In this document: positions 52,377 through 60,582 of the stretch, one piece after another
Numbering within the stretch: position 1 is the stretch's first letter
How the letters are laid out: every line of letters starts with the position of its first letter
DNA from: a virus
Lineage: Duplodnaviria; Caudoviricetes
Virus record (IMG/VR): IMGVR_UViG_3300001598_001658
Coordinates: 1 to 64,000 of that record
Length of the DNA stretch: 64,000 nucleotides
Direction: 5' to 3' (one strand)
Made by a program: the position numbers and the translations under genes
Notes under the pieces: model-generated
Seen by the model: the letters and a program-made list of their open reading frames with translations, nothing else
Told to the model about the DNA's origin: nothing
Database searches by the model: none

Positions 52377-52714
52377 AAAAAGAGTGGTATGATAGTGTAG
52401 GCGATACTAAAACAGACTTAGATCAAAATATAGCAAAAGCGGTAGACCAAATTGCTAAATTATTAGATTTAAAAGCTGAAGACGTTTACAAATATCCAAT
52501 ACCACTTCTTAATTCTATGGTGGCTGCAAGAACATCGAATCTTAAAGAATCTAGATATCGAGCCGAAAAAGATGGTCAGATCGATGTTTATACAAAAGAA
52601 GAATACTATGGTATGCAAGGTATTGTTCAAATTATTAACTCAATGTTTAGCGGCACTGGTGACAAAACTGATAAACCGAAAGGTGCTCAGAATATGTCAG
52701 CCATGGGTCGTTAG
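52334..52714 (+). CDS. -1 frameshift extension of the 50550 gene (long, GT-like form)
   Basis: The -1 frame is open from T-TTT-TTT (52328-52334) through ATG 52517 to stop 52714; no RBS before 52517. Confidence 0.7.
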   Translation, partial: YTRSHRGGSDRSVLEKEWYDSVGDTKTDLDQNIAKAVDQIAKLLDLKAEDVYKYPIPLLNSMVAARTSNLKESRYRAEKDGQIDVYTKEEYYGMQGIVQIINSMFSGTGDKTDKPKGAQNMSAMGR

Positions 52715-52733
52715 TTAAAATAGGTGGAAGAAT

Positions 52734-53096
52734 ATGGAAAAGCAAAACGCTGAAAAGAAAACCTCTGGACTTAGTGGATTTATTTCTACATTAGGTTCTA
52801 ATATGGGTGTTACTCTTTCTACTCCTAAAAAGAAAGAGAAATTCAATCCGTACTCTGCCGAAAATCAGAAACAGATTCAGGAAGTATATGATGTAATGAG
52901 TTCTTATCAAAATAAAACATCAGAGCAAAATATTATTGTTCCAAAAACTGCGAGTGTATCTAAAAATGGAAAGAACGCTCAGTTTGAATTTGATACAGAA
53001 CTGAAGGCAGAAGTATTTGATGAAATTGTTGAAAACAAAGGATTGAAAAATATATCTTTGGATCAAACATCAAAAGTAATTGAAATTACTAAATAA
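52734..53096 (+). CDS. Hypothetical protein
   Basis: AGGTGG RBS. Confidence 0.65.
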   Translation: MEKQNAEKKTSGLSGFISTLGSNMGVTLSTPKKKEKFNPYSAENQKQIQEVYDVMSSYQNKTSEQNIIVPKTASVSKNGKNAQFEFDTELKAEVFDEIVENKGLKNISLDQTSKVIEITK

Positions 53097-53106
53097 GGAG
53101 ACATAA

Positions 53107-55005
53107 ATGATTTCGAATCAGATTGGAACAGGAAATATTAACCTTGTTGATCATGAAACGCTTAAACGAATCATCGAAGATGTACTCGGTGACATCGGAA
53201 GTGTAAAATCTACACTTGGACCAGGTGGTAAAGCAAATCTTATTCATGATGCAGGAACTACATCTTTATATCAGTCGAAAGATGGTTATCGAATTGTAAT
53301 GGATATGCATTACAATGATTATTTCTATGATGCTGTAAGTAAACTTATTAAAGATGCTTCTGCTCATAATAATGCAATCATCGGCGATGGAACTACATCT
53401 GCAGTTGTAATTCTCGAAGCATTCTACAAAAAACTTGAAAAAGTTGTTTCTTCACATGCAGAAGGTTTTGAACACATTTCACTTACTGGTGTAGTAAATA
53501 TTCTTGAAGCTCTTAAAGTTGTACTTAAAGAAGAGCTTATTTCAAACGGTTATATCAACTTCCTTAATAAATTTGATGTTGATGTACAAAAGAAAATTAT
53601 CGTGAAAGTTGCAACTATTGCAGCAAACAACGATAGAACAATTGGTGAATATTGTGCTAAACTCTTTGATAAAATTATTGAAGAACAGAGCGGAGAGCAG
53701 TTATTTGTTGAAATTACACCTAACTATGCAAATGACACTAGTGAAAACAACGAAGTTGGTTTCCATATGCCACATTCATATTATGAACGTATTTTCACAA
53801 CAGAACCTGATCGCTCAACTGCAAAATATACTGAACCGAGATTTCTTATGATTGAAGGTGCAATTACAGATGCAGAAGAATCTGTTATTATGCCAGTAAT
53901 CGATTATGTGTGTGGTATGCAGGAACAGCCTCTCGTAATTGTAGCTTCTGATTATTCTTCAAAGATTCAGGAACTTTTATATAAGCTTCGACTTGGTGGA
54001 ACAATTTTTGAAGGAACCGACAAACAAGGTCGTCCTATGCAGTTTGCAAGACCCGAATACAAGATTTTGCCAATCATTATGAGTGTTGGTGATGATGAAA
54101 GTCATGAACGTTATGGTGATCTTGAAGCAACAATCGGTGGCCATGCAATTCCTGCCGTTACACAGACATGGGATTCAATCGGATCTACTCCTACAGAATG
54201 GGAACGTGTTCTCGGACGTTCTGAAAGAATTATTTGTGTTGAACATGAAACAAGTATTATTGGCGGATATGGTGATCCTGATGTTATCAAAGCTCGCGCA
54301 AAACAGCTTGAGGATGAACTTAAACATATGCAGTTTATAACTGATATGGGTGCTTCTGAACTGCGAAAAGCAAGATACCAGGACCGTCTCGGTATGCTTA
54401 AATCTAACATGGTTGCTATCCGTGTCGGTGGCGACACATTTAAGGAAAGACAGTATAACTGTTTGGTTTACGAAGATGCAATTTATGCCGTAAACTCTAC
54501 AATCAGAAACGGTTTTACTCTTGCCGGTCAGACATCATTGCGACATCTTGTTACTCATAGAGCCGACGAGATTACAGATAAAGTAATTGAAAAACTTCAC
54601 GCTGAAGGTCGTAATGTTACATTCGGTATTCATCGCGATGATGCTCTTAAATCTGCAATTCATAGAATTCTTGAAGTTATCGCAGAAACAATCAATACTG
54701 CTTATGAACAGGCACTTGCAAATGCTATTTTCGACAAAGATGAAATTGAAGAAATTAAGAAAAAGATTTATGATTCTGAACTTAAAAAACCAATTTCATA
54801 TAATCTGATGACTGCTGATACAGAAGAATTGGATTTAAATGAAGAATGCAATATGCTCGTTGCTGGTAACACTGATTACGAAACTTTCTCAGCAATTGTT
54901 GGTATTACAAGTATTTTCTTGAATACTGACAATCTTGAAACATTATACATTCCTGTACGTGCTACACCGGAAGAAATCGCAATTCAGGGTAGAAATAAAG
55001 CATAA
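53107..55005 (+). CDS. Phage-encoded GroEL-like chaperonin
   Basis: STLGPGG, SKDG, GDGTTS, ATIAAN, IRVGG, EDAI. Confidence 0.9.
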   Translation: MISNQIGTGNINLVDHETLKRIIEDVLGDIGSVKSTLGPGGKANLIHDAGTTSLYQSKDGYRIVMDMHYNDYFYDAVSKLIKDASAHNNAIIGDGTTSAVVILEAFYKKLEKVVSSHAEGFEHISLTGVVNILEALKVVLKEELISNGYINFLNKFDVDVQKKIIVKVATIAANNDRTIGEYCAKLFDKIIEEQSGEQLFVEITPNYANDTSENNEVGFHMPHSYYERIFTTEPDRSTAKYTEPRFLMIEGAITDAEESVIMPVIDYVCGMQEQPLVIVASDYSSKIQELLYKLRLGGTIFEGTDKQGRPMQFARPEYKILPIIMSVGDDESHERYGDLEATIGGHAIPAVTQTWDSIGSTPTEWERVLGRSERIICVEHETSIIGGYGDPDVIKARAKQLEDELKHMQFITDMGASELRKARYQDRLGMLKSNMVAIRVGGDTFKERQYNCLVYEDAIYAVNSTIRNGFTLAGQTSLRHLVTHRADEITDKVIEKLHAEGRNVTFGIHRDDALKSAIHRILEVIAETINTAYEQALANAIFDKDEIEEIKKKIYDSELKKPISYNLMTADTEELDLNEECNMLVAGNTDYETFSAIVGITSIFLNTDNLETLYIPVRATPEEIAIQGRNKA

Positions 55006-55020
55006 ATAAAATTCCATATA

Positions 55021-55053
55021 AAGAACCACCTAATTTTTAGGTGGTTCTTTTTT
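55021..55053 (+). terminator. Intrinsic terminator
   Basis: AAGAACCACCTAA-TTT-TTAGGTGGTTCTT plus T-tract. Confidence 0.85.
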
Positions 55054-55094
55054 CGTAATAATCATATATTTTATTCACATATTATATTGTGAAT
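55052..55094 (+). promoter_or_regulatory. Putative early promoter (bipartite), copy 2
   Basis: Same two boxes and spacing as 19076-19118. Confidence 0.65.
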
Positions 55095-55134
55095 CATATA
55101 TATAGATTCATAAAAATAATTTAGGGGGACAACT

Positions 55135-55437
55135 ATGGATAAAGTTGTTATGGGTGGTGTTAAAATCGCAGCAAAAGATGTACTAAATGTACTCGTACCA
55201 AAAATGTGTACAAGAGAAGCTAAACTAGTTATATTTAGAGGTATCTTCACACGTTTAAACAAAGGTCTGATAAAGGCCGATACAGTTTTCGATGAGAAAT
55301 TCATCAGAAGCTGTTATAATACAGACGCATTTTATGTGTCTGACGGTACAGGCTGTATGACGTTAGATAAAAACGGTGAACTCGATAATACAATCGGGTT
55401 CATTTATAAACTTAGAGATGTAAAAGCACAACTCTAA
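55135..55437 (+). CDS. Hypothetical protein
   Basis: AGGGGG RBS; own promoter and terminator. Confidence 0.7.
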   Translation: MDKVVMGGVKIAAKDVLNVLVPKMCTREAKLVIFRGIFTRLNKGLIKADTVFDEKFIRSCYNTDAFYVSDGTGCMTLDKNGELDNTIGFIYKLRDVKAQL

Positions 55438-55522
55438 GTACAACCCCAAAAAAGAACAGGAGAAATCCTGTTCTTTTTTTATTTTTTATCTTACATTTAA
55501 ATATAATTAAAGGAGGTTCCAA

Positions 55523-56047
55523 ATGGGAATTCATAGAGAATTGGAATTATTAAATCCAGAACTTAAAGCAGCAGTTTTAAGAACTTTTAAAACTTTAGAT
55601 TCTGTAAATTTTAAATATCTTGTAAGTGAAACGCTTAGAGATAAAGAAGTACAGGAAGCATATTTTGCTCAAGGTAGAAAGAGTTTAGAAGAAGTAAATG
55701 CTCTTCGTAAGAAAGTCGGATTGTATCTTCTTAAAGAAGCTGAAAATTTAAAAACAGTTACAAATTGTGATGGAGTTAAACATCTTTCAAATCATCAATG
55801 TAGAGATGGAAGTGGACTCGGATCAGCAATTGATATTGTACCTGCATATGAAGACAATCAGGGAAGATTAAACTTCTGGTGGGCTGCTCCTCAGTCTGTA
55901 TGGGAATATCTCGGTCATATTGCTGAAAGCTGTGGTCTCGATTGGTGTTATGGTGGAAAAGGTGAACATTGGGGTTGGGATTCTCCTCACTTTGAATTAT
56001 TAAAAGATTTTGTTGTTGAAGAACCAAAGAAAATGGAAGGTTGTTGA
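55523..56047 (+). CDS. M15-family (L-Ala-D-Glu-type) peptidase endolysin
   Basis: ETLR..E.Q..YFAQGR, SNH...AIDIV, WDSPHFEL. Confidence 0.88.
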   Translation: MGIHRELELLNPELKAAVLRTFKTLDSVNFKYLVSETLRDKEVQEAYFAQGRKSLEEVNALRKKVGLYLLKEAENLKTVTNCDGVKHLSNHQCRDGSGLGSAIDIVPAYEDNQGRLNFWWAAPQSVWEYLGHIAESCGLDWCYGGKGEHWGWDSPHFELLKDFVVEEPKKMEGC

Positions 56048-56049
56048 CT

Positions 56050-56940
56050 ATGGAATCTTATAAAAATCTTGTTAAAGAAATTCTTGAAAAAGGAAAATTA
56101 AAACACAATAGAACCGGAATCGATACATTATCTATTTCTGGGTATATGTTTACTCATGATATGAGCGAAGGTTTTCCTTTACTTACATCTAAGAAAATGC
56201 CTTATAAATGTATTTTTTCAGAGCTTGAATTTTTCTTAAAAGGTAAACATGATAAAAAATGGCTTCAGGAAAACAAGAATCATATTTGGGATGATTGGTG
56301 TTGTCCACGATTGGTTCCTTATAGTAATGATGCCGTTACAAAAGAAAAAATGAAAAATGAATCCGAACTCGGGCCTATTTATGGTGTTCAATGGAGAAAT
56401 TTTGACACTTGGATCGATTGGGGTTTAGATAAAGCAGAAAAAATGACGATTCAAAATACAGGCAAAGATCAACTTAAATATGTAGTAGATTTGATTAAAT
56501 CTAATCCGGAATCTAGAAGAATAATTTGTAGCGCTTGGAATCCAAATCAACTTCAAGATATGGCTCTCCCCCCATGTCATGTAATGTGGCAAGTTCTTAT
56601 CAATACAGAAGATAATACTATGGATCTTATTTGGTATCAGCGTTCAGTGGATACTATGTTAGGATTGCCATTTAACATTGCATCTTATGCTGCTCTTCTT
56701 GAATTATTGTGTCTCGAATCGGGCAAATATAAACCAGGTAAATTGATTGGTATGCTCGCAGATGTTCATATTTATACAAATCATATTGAAGGTGCAAAAG
56801 TACAACTCGAACGGCCAACTCATAAATTACCTACATTTAAAGTTGAAAATTTTAGTAGTATCTTTGATTTTGATTATAAAAATGTAAAAATTGAAGGTTA
56901 TGAATCTGAAGAAAAAATAAATTTTGAAATAGCGGTGTAA
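56050..56940 (+). CDS. thyA: Thymidylate synthase
   Basis: RTG, GPIYGVQWR, SRR, LPPCH, QRSVD, LGLPFNIASY, HIYTNH. Confidence 0.96.
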   Translation: MESYKNLVKEILEKGKLKHNRTGIDTLSISGYMFTHDMSEGFPLLTSKKMPYKCIFSELEFFLKGKHDKKWLQENKNHIWDDWCCPRLVPYSNDAVTKEKMKNESELGPIYGVQWRNFDTWIDWGLDKAEKMTIQNTGKDQLKYVVDLIKSNPESRRIICSAWNPNQLQDMALPPCHVMWQVLINTEDNTMDLIWYQRSVDTMLGLPFNIASYAALLELLCLESGKYKPGKLIGMLADVHIYTNHIEGAKVQLERPTHKLPTFKVENFSSIFDFDYKNVKIEGYESEEKINFEIAV

Positions 56941-56943
56941 ACT

Positions 56944-57459
56944 ATGGGATTTGTTAAAACTATAATTATAGGCGCAATGTCTATAAATGAAGTTATTGGT
57001 AAAAATAATGATTTGCCTTGGAAAGATAGGAAAGATTTAAAATGGGATATGGAACACTTTAAACGAACCACATCGAATCATATTGTAGTTATGGGTTATA
57101 ATACATTTCAGTCATTAGGATCGAAACCACTTCCTAATAGAATAAATTATGTTATTACTCATGGACCTAAAGCATCTGCATTCGATAATCTTATATTTAT
57201 AGATTCTATAGAAGAAGCTATAAATCATATACAACGGTACAATCAGGGTGAAAATGAAGTATATATAATTGGAGGCGAAAAGCTTTATACTGAGGCTTTG
57301 GAAAAAGATATCGTTGATGAAATTATTATTACTGTAATTAAAGACCAATGCGATGGAGATAAATATTTCCCTGTTAAATTAGCAAAAGATTTTCATATTT
57401 ATAATAAAATAGAAAAAGCTGAAGGATTTATTTTATATCTTAAACGAAATAATGATTAA
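56944..57459 (+). CDS. folA: Dihydrofolate reductase
   Basis: VIGKNNDLPW, VMGYNTF, PLPNR, IIGG, GDKYFP. Confidence 0.95.
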   Translation: MGFVKTIIIGAMSINEVIGKNNDLPWKDRKDLKWDMEHFKRTTSNHIVVMGYNTFQSLGSKPLPNRINYVITHGPKASAFDNLIFIDSIEEAINHIQRYNQGENEVYIIGGEKLYTEALEKDIVDEIIITVIKDQCDGDKYFPVKLAKDFHIYNKIEKAEGFILYLKRNND

Positions 57460-57522
57460 TTATTAATATATATTATCTTTTGAATATAAAAAATAAAAAT
57501 TTTATTATCCAGGAGGTATTAT

Positions 57523-57714
57523 ATGGATAGAACAGAAAATGCAAAGGAAGGTCTCGAGAATTTTCTTGAGACTTTTAGGGAGAAAAATAAAGATGTCACA
57601 CGATACGGTAGTGAAAGAGCTGTAGAAGCAGTGACTGGCGGAGATAAAAACGAGAAAAAATTTAGTCAGACTAAAATCTCTGATAGAGAAATTACATCTG
57701 ACGGAATCAAATAA
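57523..57714 (+). CDS. Small hypothetical protein
   Basis: GGAGG RBS; upstream ATATATTAT-N5-GAA. Confidence 0.65.
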   Translation: MDRTENAKEGLENFLETFREKNKDVTRYGSERAVEAVTGGDKNEKKFSQTKISDREITSDGIK

Positions 57715-57715
57715 A

Positions 57716-57940
57716 ATGAAGGTTAAAATTTCTATCCCAGCGACTATGAACACTTTGTGGATAGGAAAACCAACATATACATCTACTTCTGACGATAATA
57801 TGTCGGAAGAAGATTATAATGAAGCAAAAGGAAATCAAGAAAATCATGATTATGATGAATATCCCGATACATTTTATGACGAAGAACTAGGTAGAGATGT
57901 AGAATACTACAAAGGTCTAAGATCTTTATTGGAAATTTAA
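57716..57940 (+). CDS. Small acidic hypothetical protein
   Basis: Coupled ORF. Confidence 0.55.
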   Translation: MKVKISIPATMNTLWIGKPTYTSTSDDNMSEEDYNEAKGNQENHDYDEYPDTFYDEELGRDVEYYKGLRSLLEI

Positions 57941-57993
57941 ATAACATAGACATGAGGATATGCCCTCATGTCTATTATTTTTTGGAGGAAAGT

Positions 57994-58680
57994 ATGATAG
58001 TCGATGTAGATGAAGAAAAATATAAATATTTAAAAATTGGTTTATGCGATTATTCTTTATTAAGACAAATAATAAAAAAACAATATGATCATTGTAAAGA
58101 ATATCCATCTGATATTAAAATGATTAGAAAATTTTTTACAAATTATCCACAATCCGGTTTTGGATCTCCTGAGGTTGAAAGATTTATACAATATGTGCAG
58201 ATGTTTATCAACGCATTTGTTCCAAATCCAGTTACACAAAGAAATTCAACAAATATATTTAATGCTATATATTCATATGGAAATGATTCACACGATAATA
58301 TATATTTTAATATGCTTAAAGAAAGATTTGATTCAACAAACTCAGAAATTATAAAATCTTTAAATCAATATTTTGATTTTGAAACAGATAAAGTTAAGTT
58401 GTCAACATTTTATAAAATTCCTGAATATTTTGAATATCATATAAAACGAGCATTAAATTTAACTAGATTCGATAGAGAAAATTTTATGAAATCAGCATTT
58501 TATAAAACCTATATATCTGGATCTTATATCAATCCTACATCTGTAGATTTTGATTCATACGATATTAAAATGAATCAAAAATATTGGGATAAATATACTT
58601 TGGAAGGCGTAGCTGAATTAATAAACGAAACACCCATGACATCGTTAGCTGGAGTAGAAAAATTCACAAGAGGCATTTAA
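57994..58680 (+). CDS. Hypothetical protein
   Basis: GGAGG RBS before ATG 57994. Confidence 0.65.
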   Translation: MIVDVDEEKYKYLKIGLCDYSLLRQIIKKQYDHCKEYPSDIKMIRKFFTNYPQSGFGSPEVERFIQYVQMFINAFVPNPVTQRNSTNIFNAIYSYGNDSHDNIYFNMLKERFDSTNSEIIKSLNQYFDFETDKVKLSTFYKIPEYFEYHIKRALNLTRFDRENFMKSAFYKTYISGSYINPTSVDFDSYDIKMNQKYWDKYTLEGVAELINETPMTSLAGVEKFTRGI

Positions 58681-58688
58681 AAATAAAA

Positions 58689-58713
58689 CTCTACCCCATA
58701 TATAGGGTAGAGT
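58689..58713. terminator. Terminator between convergent genes
   Basis: CTCTACCC-CATATATA-GGGTAGAG. Confidence 0.7.
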
Positions 58714-58721
58714 ATATTTTA

Positions 58722-59435
58722 TTATTCTTTTCGTTTTGGAGTTAAGACACGACTTTTTAAACATGCACCCTGCATGAATGTTCGAACAGTTTCCAATGAT
58801 TGAGAATCATTTAAATTAACATTACAATCACTATAATTAACCATTCCATGCTGTTCAATTTGATTCAACATTTTCATTTTACCAGGCATGTTATCTGCAC
58901 GAATAGTAAGCATCTCTTTTAATGTCTCAGTTTGATTGGTTGTAACGAGAGATGATGTTTGCATATCACCAATAGATGCAGCTTTACTATCACCTGTTAC
59001 CTGACCAGTTAATGGGTTACTGTGTTCTGTTGTACCGGCTGAGAAGTTTTTATGTTGTAAGAACTGTTGCATCTTACGAATATAAATAACTACTACAGGA
59101 ACAGGTGTAGCTGTAACAACAGGATGTTCTGGATCATCAGGATTAAGATGTGGAAAAGCAACATATTCTCTTAATTTAACATTATATTTTTTAGCAACTT
59201 TTTCAATATGTGAAATATCTACTACTTTATCGGTAGCTGTACTTGATTGATCGAGATCAACTGAAATATGAGTTTTAGCTGGATCTTCGTACATATTTCT
59301 CATAAAGATATCGAAGTCTTTATCAGACATTGTTGAAAATCTATATTTCCAAGGTTCAATATTTACCCCACTAGGATCGAGATCTTTAATCAATTGTAAT
59401 ATCTGTGCTTCGGCTTTCTTTCTTTTATCATTCAT
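58722..59435 (-). CDS. Phage RNA polymerase beta extreme C-terminal fragment (probably virion RNAP)
   Basis: YIRKMQQFLQHK, NPLTGQVTGDSK, IGDMQ, EMLTIRADN (compare bacterial beta EMLTVKSDD). Confidence 0.8.
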   Translation of the reverse strand: MNDKRKKAEAQILQLIKDLDPSGVNIEPWKYRFSTMSDKDFDIFMRNMYEDPAKTHISVDLDQSSTATDKVVDISHIEKVAKKYNVKLREYVAFPHLNPDDPEHPVVTATPVPVVVIYIRKMQQFLQHKNFSAGTTEHSNPLTGQVTGDSKAASIGDMQTSSLVTTNQTETLKEMLTIRADNMPGKMKMLNQIEQHGMVNYSDCNVNLNDSQSLETVRTFMQGACLKSRVLTPKRKE

Positions 59436-59515
59436 ATTATAGCCTCTCAATATTTATCTATATTTAATTGTCGTTTGTATTTTTATAAAATCTGTATCAA
59501 ACACCTAATATAAAT

Positions 59516-59532
59516 TTATATTATTATTTGAA
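59516..59532 (+). promoter_or_regulatory. Putative early promoter of the large ncRNA
   Basis: TTATATTAT-N5-GAA matches the recurring motif. Confidence 0.5.
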
Positions 59533-60398
59533 ACAGATAATTGATTTCTGTTAATCCTTGATGTGAGTAAAATCACACATGGTCCTATGAACCTGATAGG
59601 TATGAGTACCGTCAGTAAAAATCATAGGAAAATATCTTCTGAGGAGAACTCAGGGTATTAGTGAAGTAGAAAGGTTTGTCTGCGTGAGAATCCGCACGTA
59701 TCTAGTAGTTTACTTTTGAAACACTTTATCCTTCATATCCAAAAGAGATTTCGCCCGATGTCTTAGACCAAAAGTGTCAAGACTAGGTACAAAAGAGTGG
59801 AATAACGGTGAGCGTATGTCCACAGTGTGATCCCGAAAGGGAATATGAATTATTAGCCCGAAAGGGTAGGATTAAAACGCTAGAAACGTCAATGCTGGTA
59901 GATGGGGTGTTGGCGCTAAAAACCTAGAAGCTCGATAAAAAGAGTGTTTATAGGTGACTGATGTAACGGAGGGTAGCTCGAGATTTCCTAAGTGATGTTT
60001 CTGTTTGATCGTTGATCGGATAGTTTAGATTTGCTATTTTGCGACATATTTCGCTAATAGTGAATCGCATTATATAGGAATTTAAAAATTCGGGTACAAG
60101 CGAACCGGCGCAGAGAGTCCATCACAAGAAAAGCAGAGTATGATCACGTGTCGTCGGAAATGCCGAGTATATTCGAACCTGGCTTGGCTATGCAAAAGCC
60201 TCCCAGGAGCCATGTTAATGTTTCCCTGAGGACGAGTGTTAGGGGTTGCGAAATCTTAGCTATAAGAAAGTAGTGTAAAGTGTGAAGAATAGTTGGATGC
60301 ATAATCCATCGATTTCATCAACCAGATGAATAGAGAAATGTCATATCAGCCGAGCACAGAGCCAAATCCGGAGGGCTCTGTGTTTGGTATTGGATATG
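59530..60398 (+). ncRNA. Large ornate structured RNA, GOLLD/ROOL-like
   Basis: ~870 nt with no ORF in the track and elevated GC. More than 12 helices, including GAAA tetraloops and long-range pairs. Closing hairpin followed by a U-tract. Confidence 0.75.
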
Positions 60399-60582
60399 TT
60401 TTATTTTTTTTATATTTTTTGAATCTTTATTATTCAAATATATTATATATAGAATGCGTTATTTAAGGAGTTTAAAATGGATAAAAATATAGAATCGTTT
60501 TATAATTTAAAATTTTATATTTTATAAAACTTAATATTATACAACATATAAAGAAAATAAATAAACAATATAGGAGAAAATA

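Noticed and set aside
59670-59705. Group II intron domain V-like TGCG...CGCACGTA
   Set aside because: No AGC/CGC triad in the correct register, no domain VI, no RT ORF and no interrupted gene
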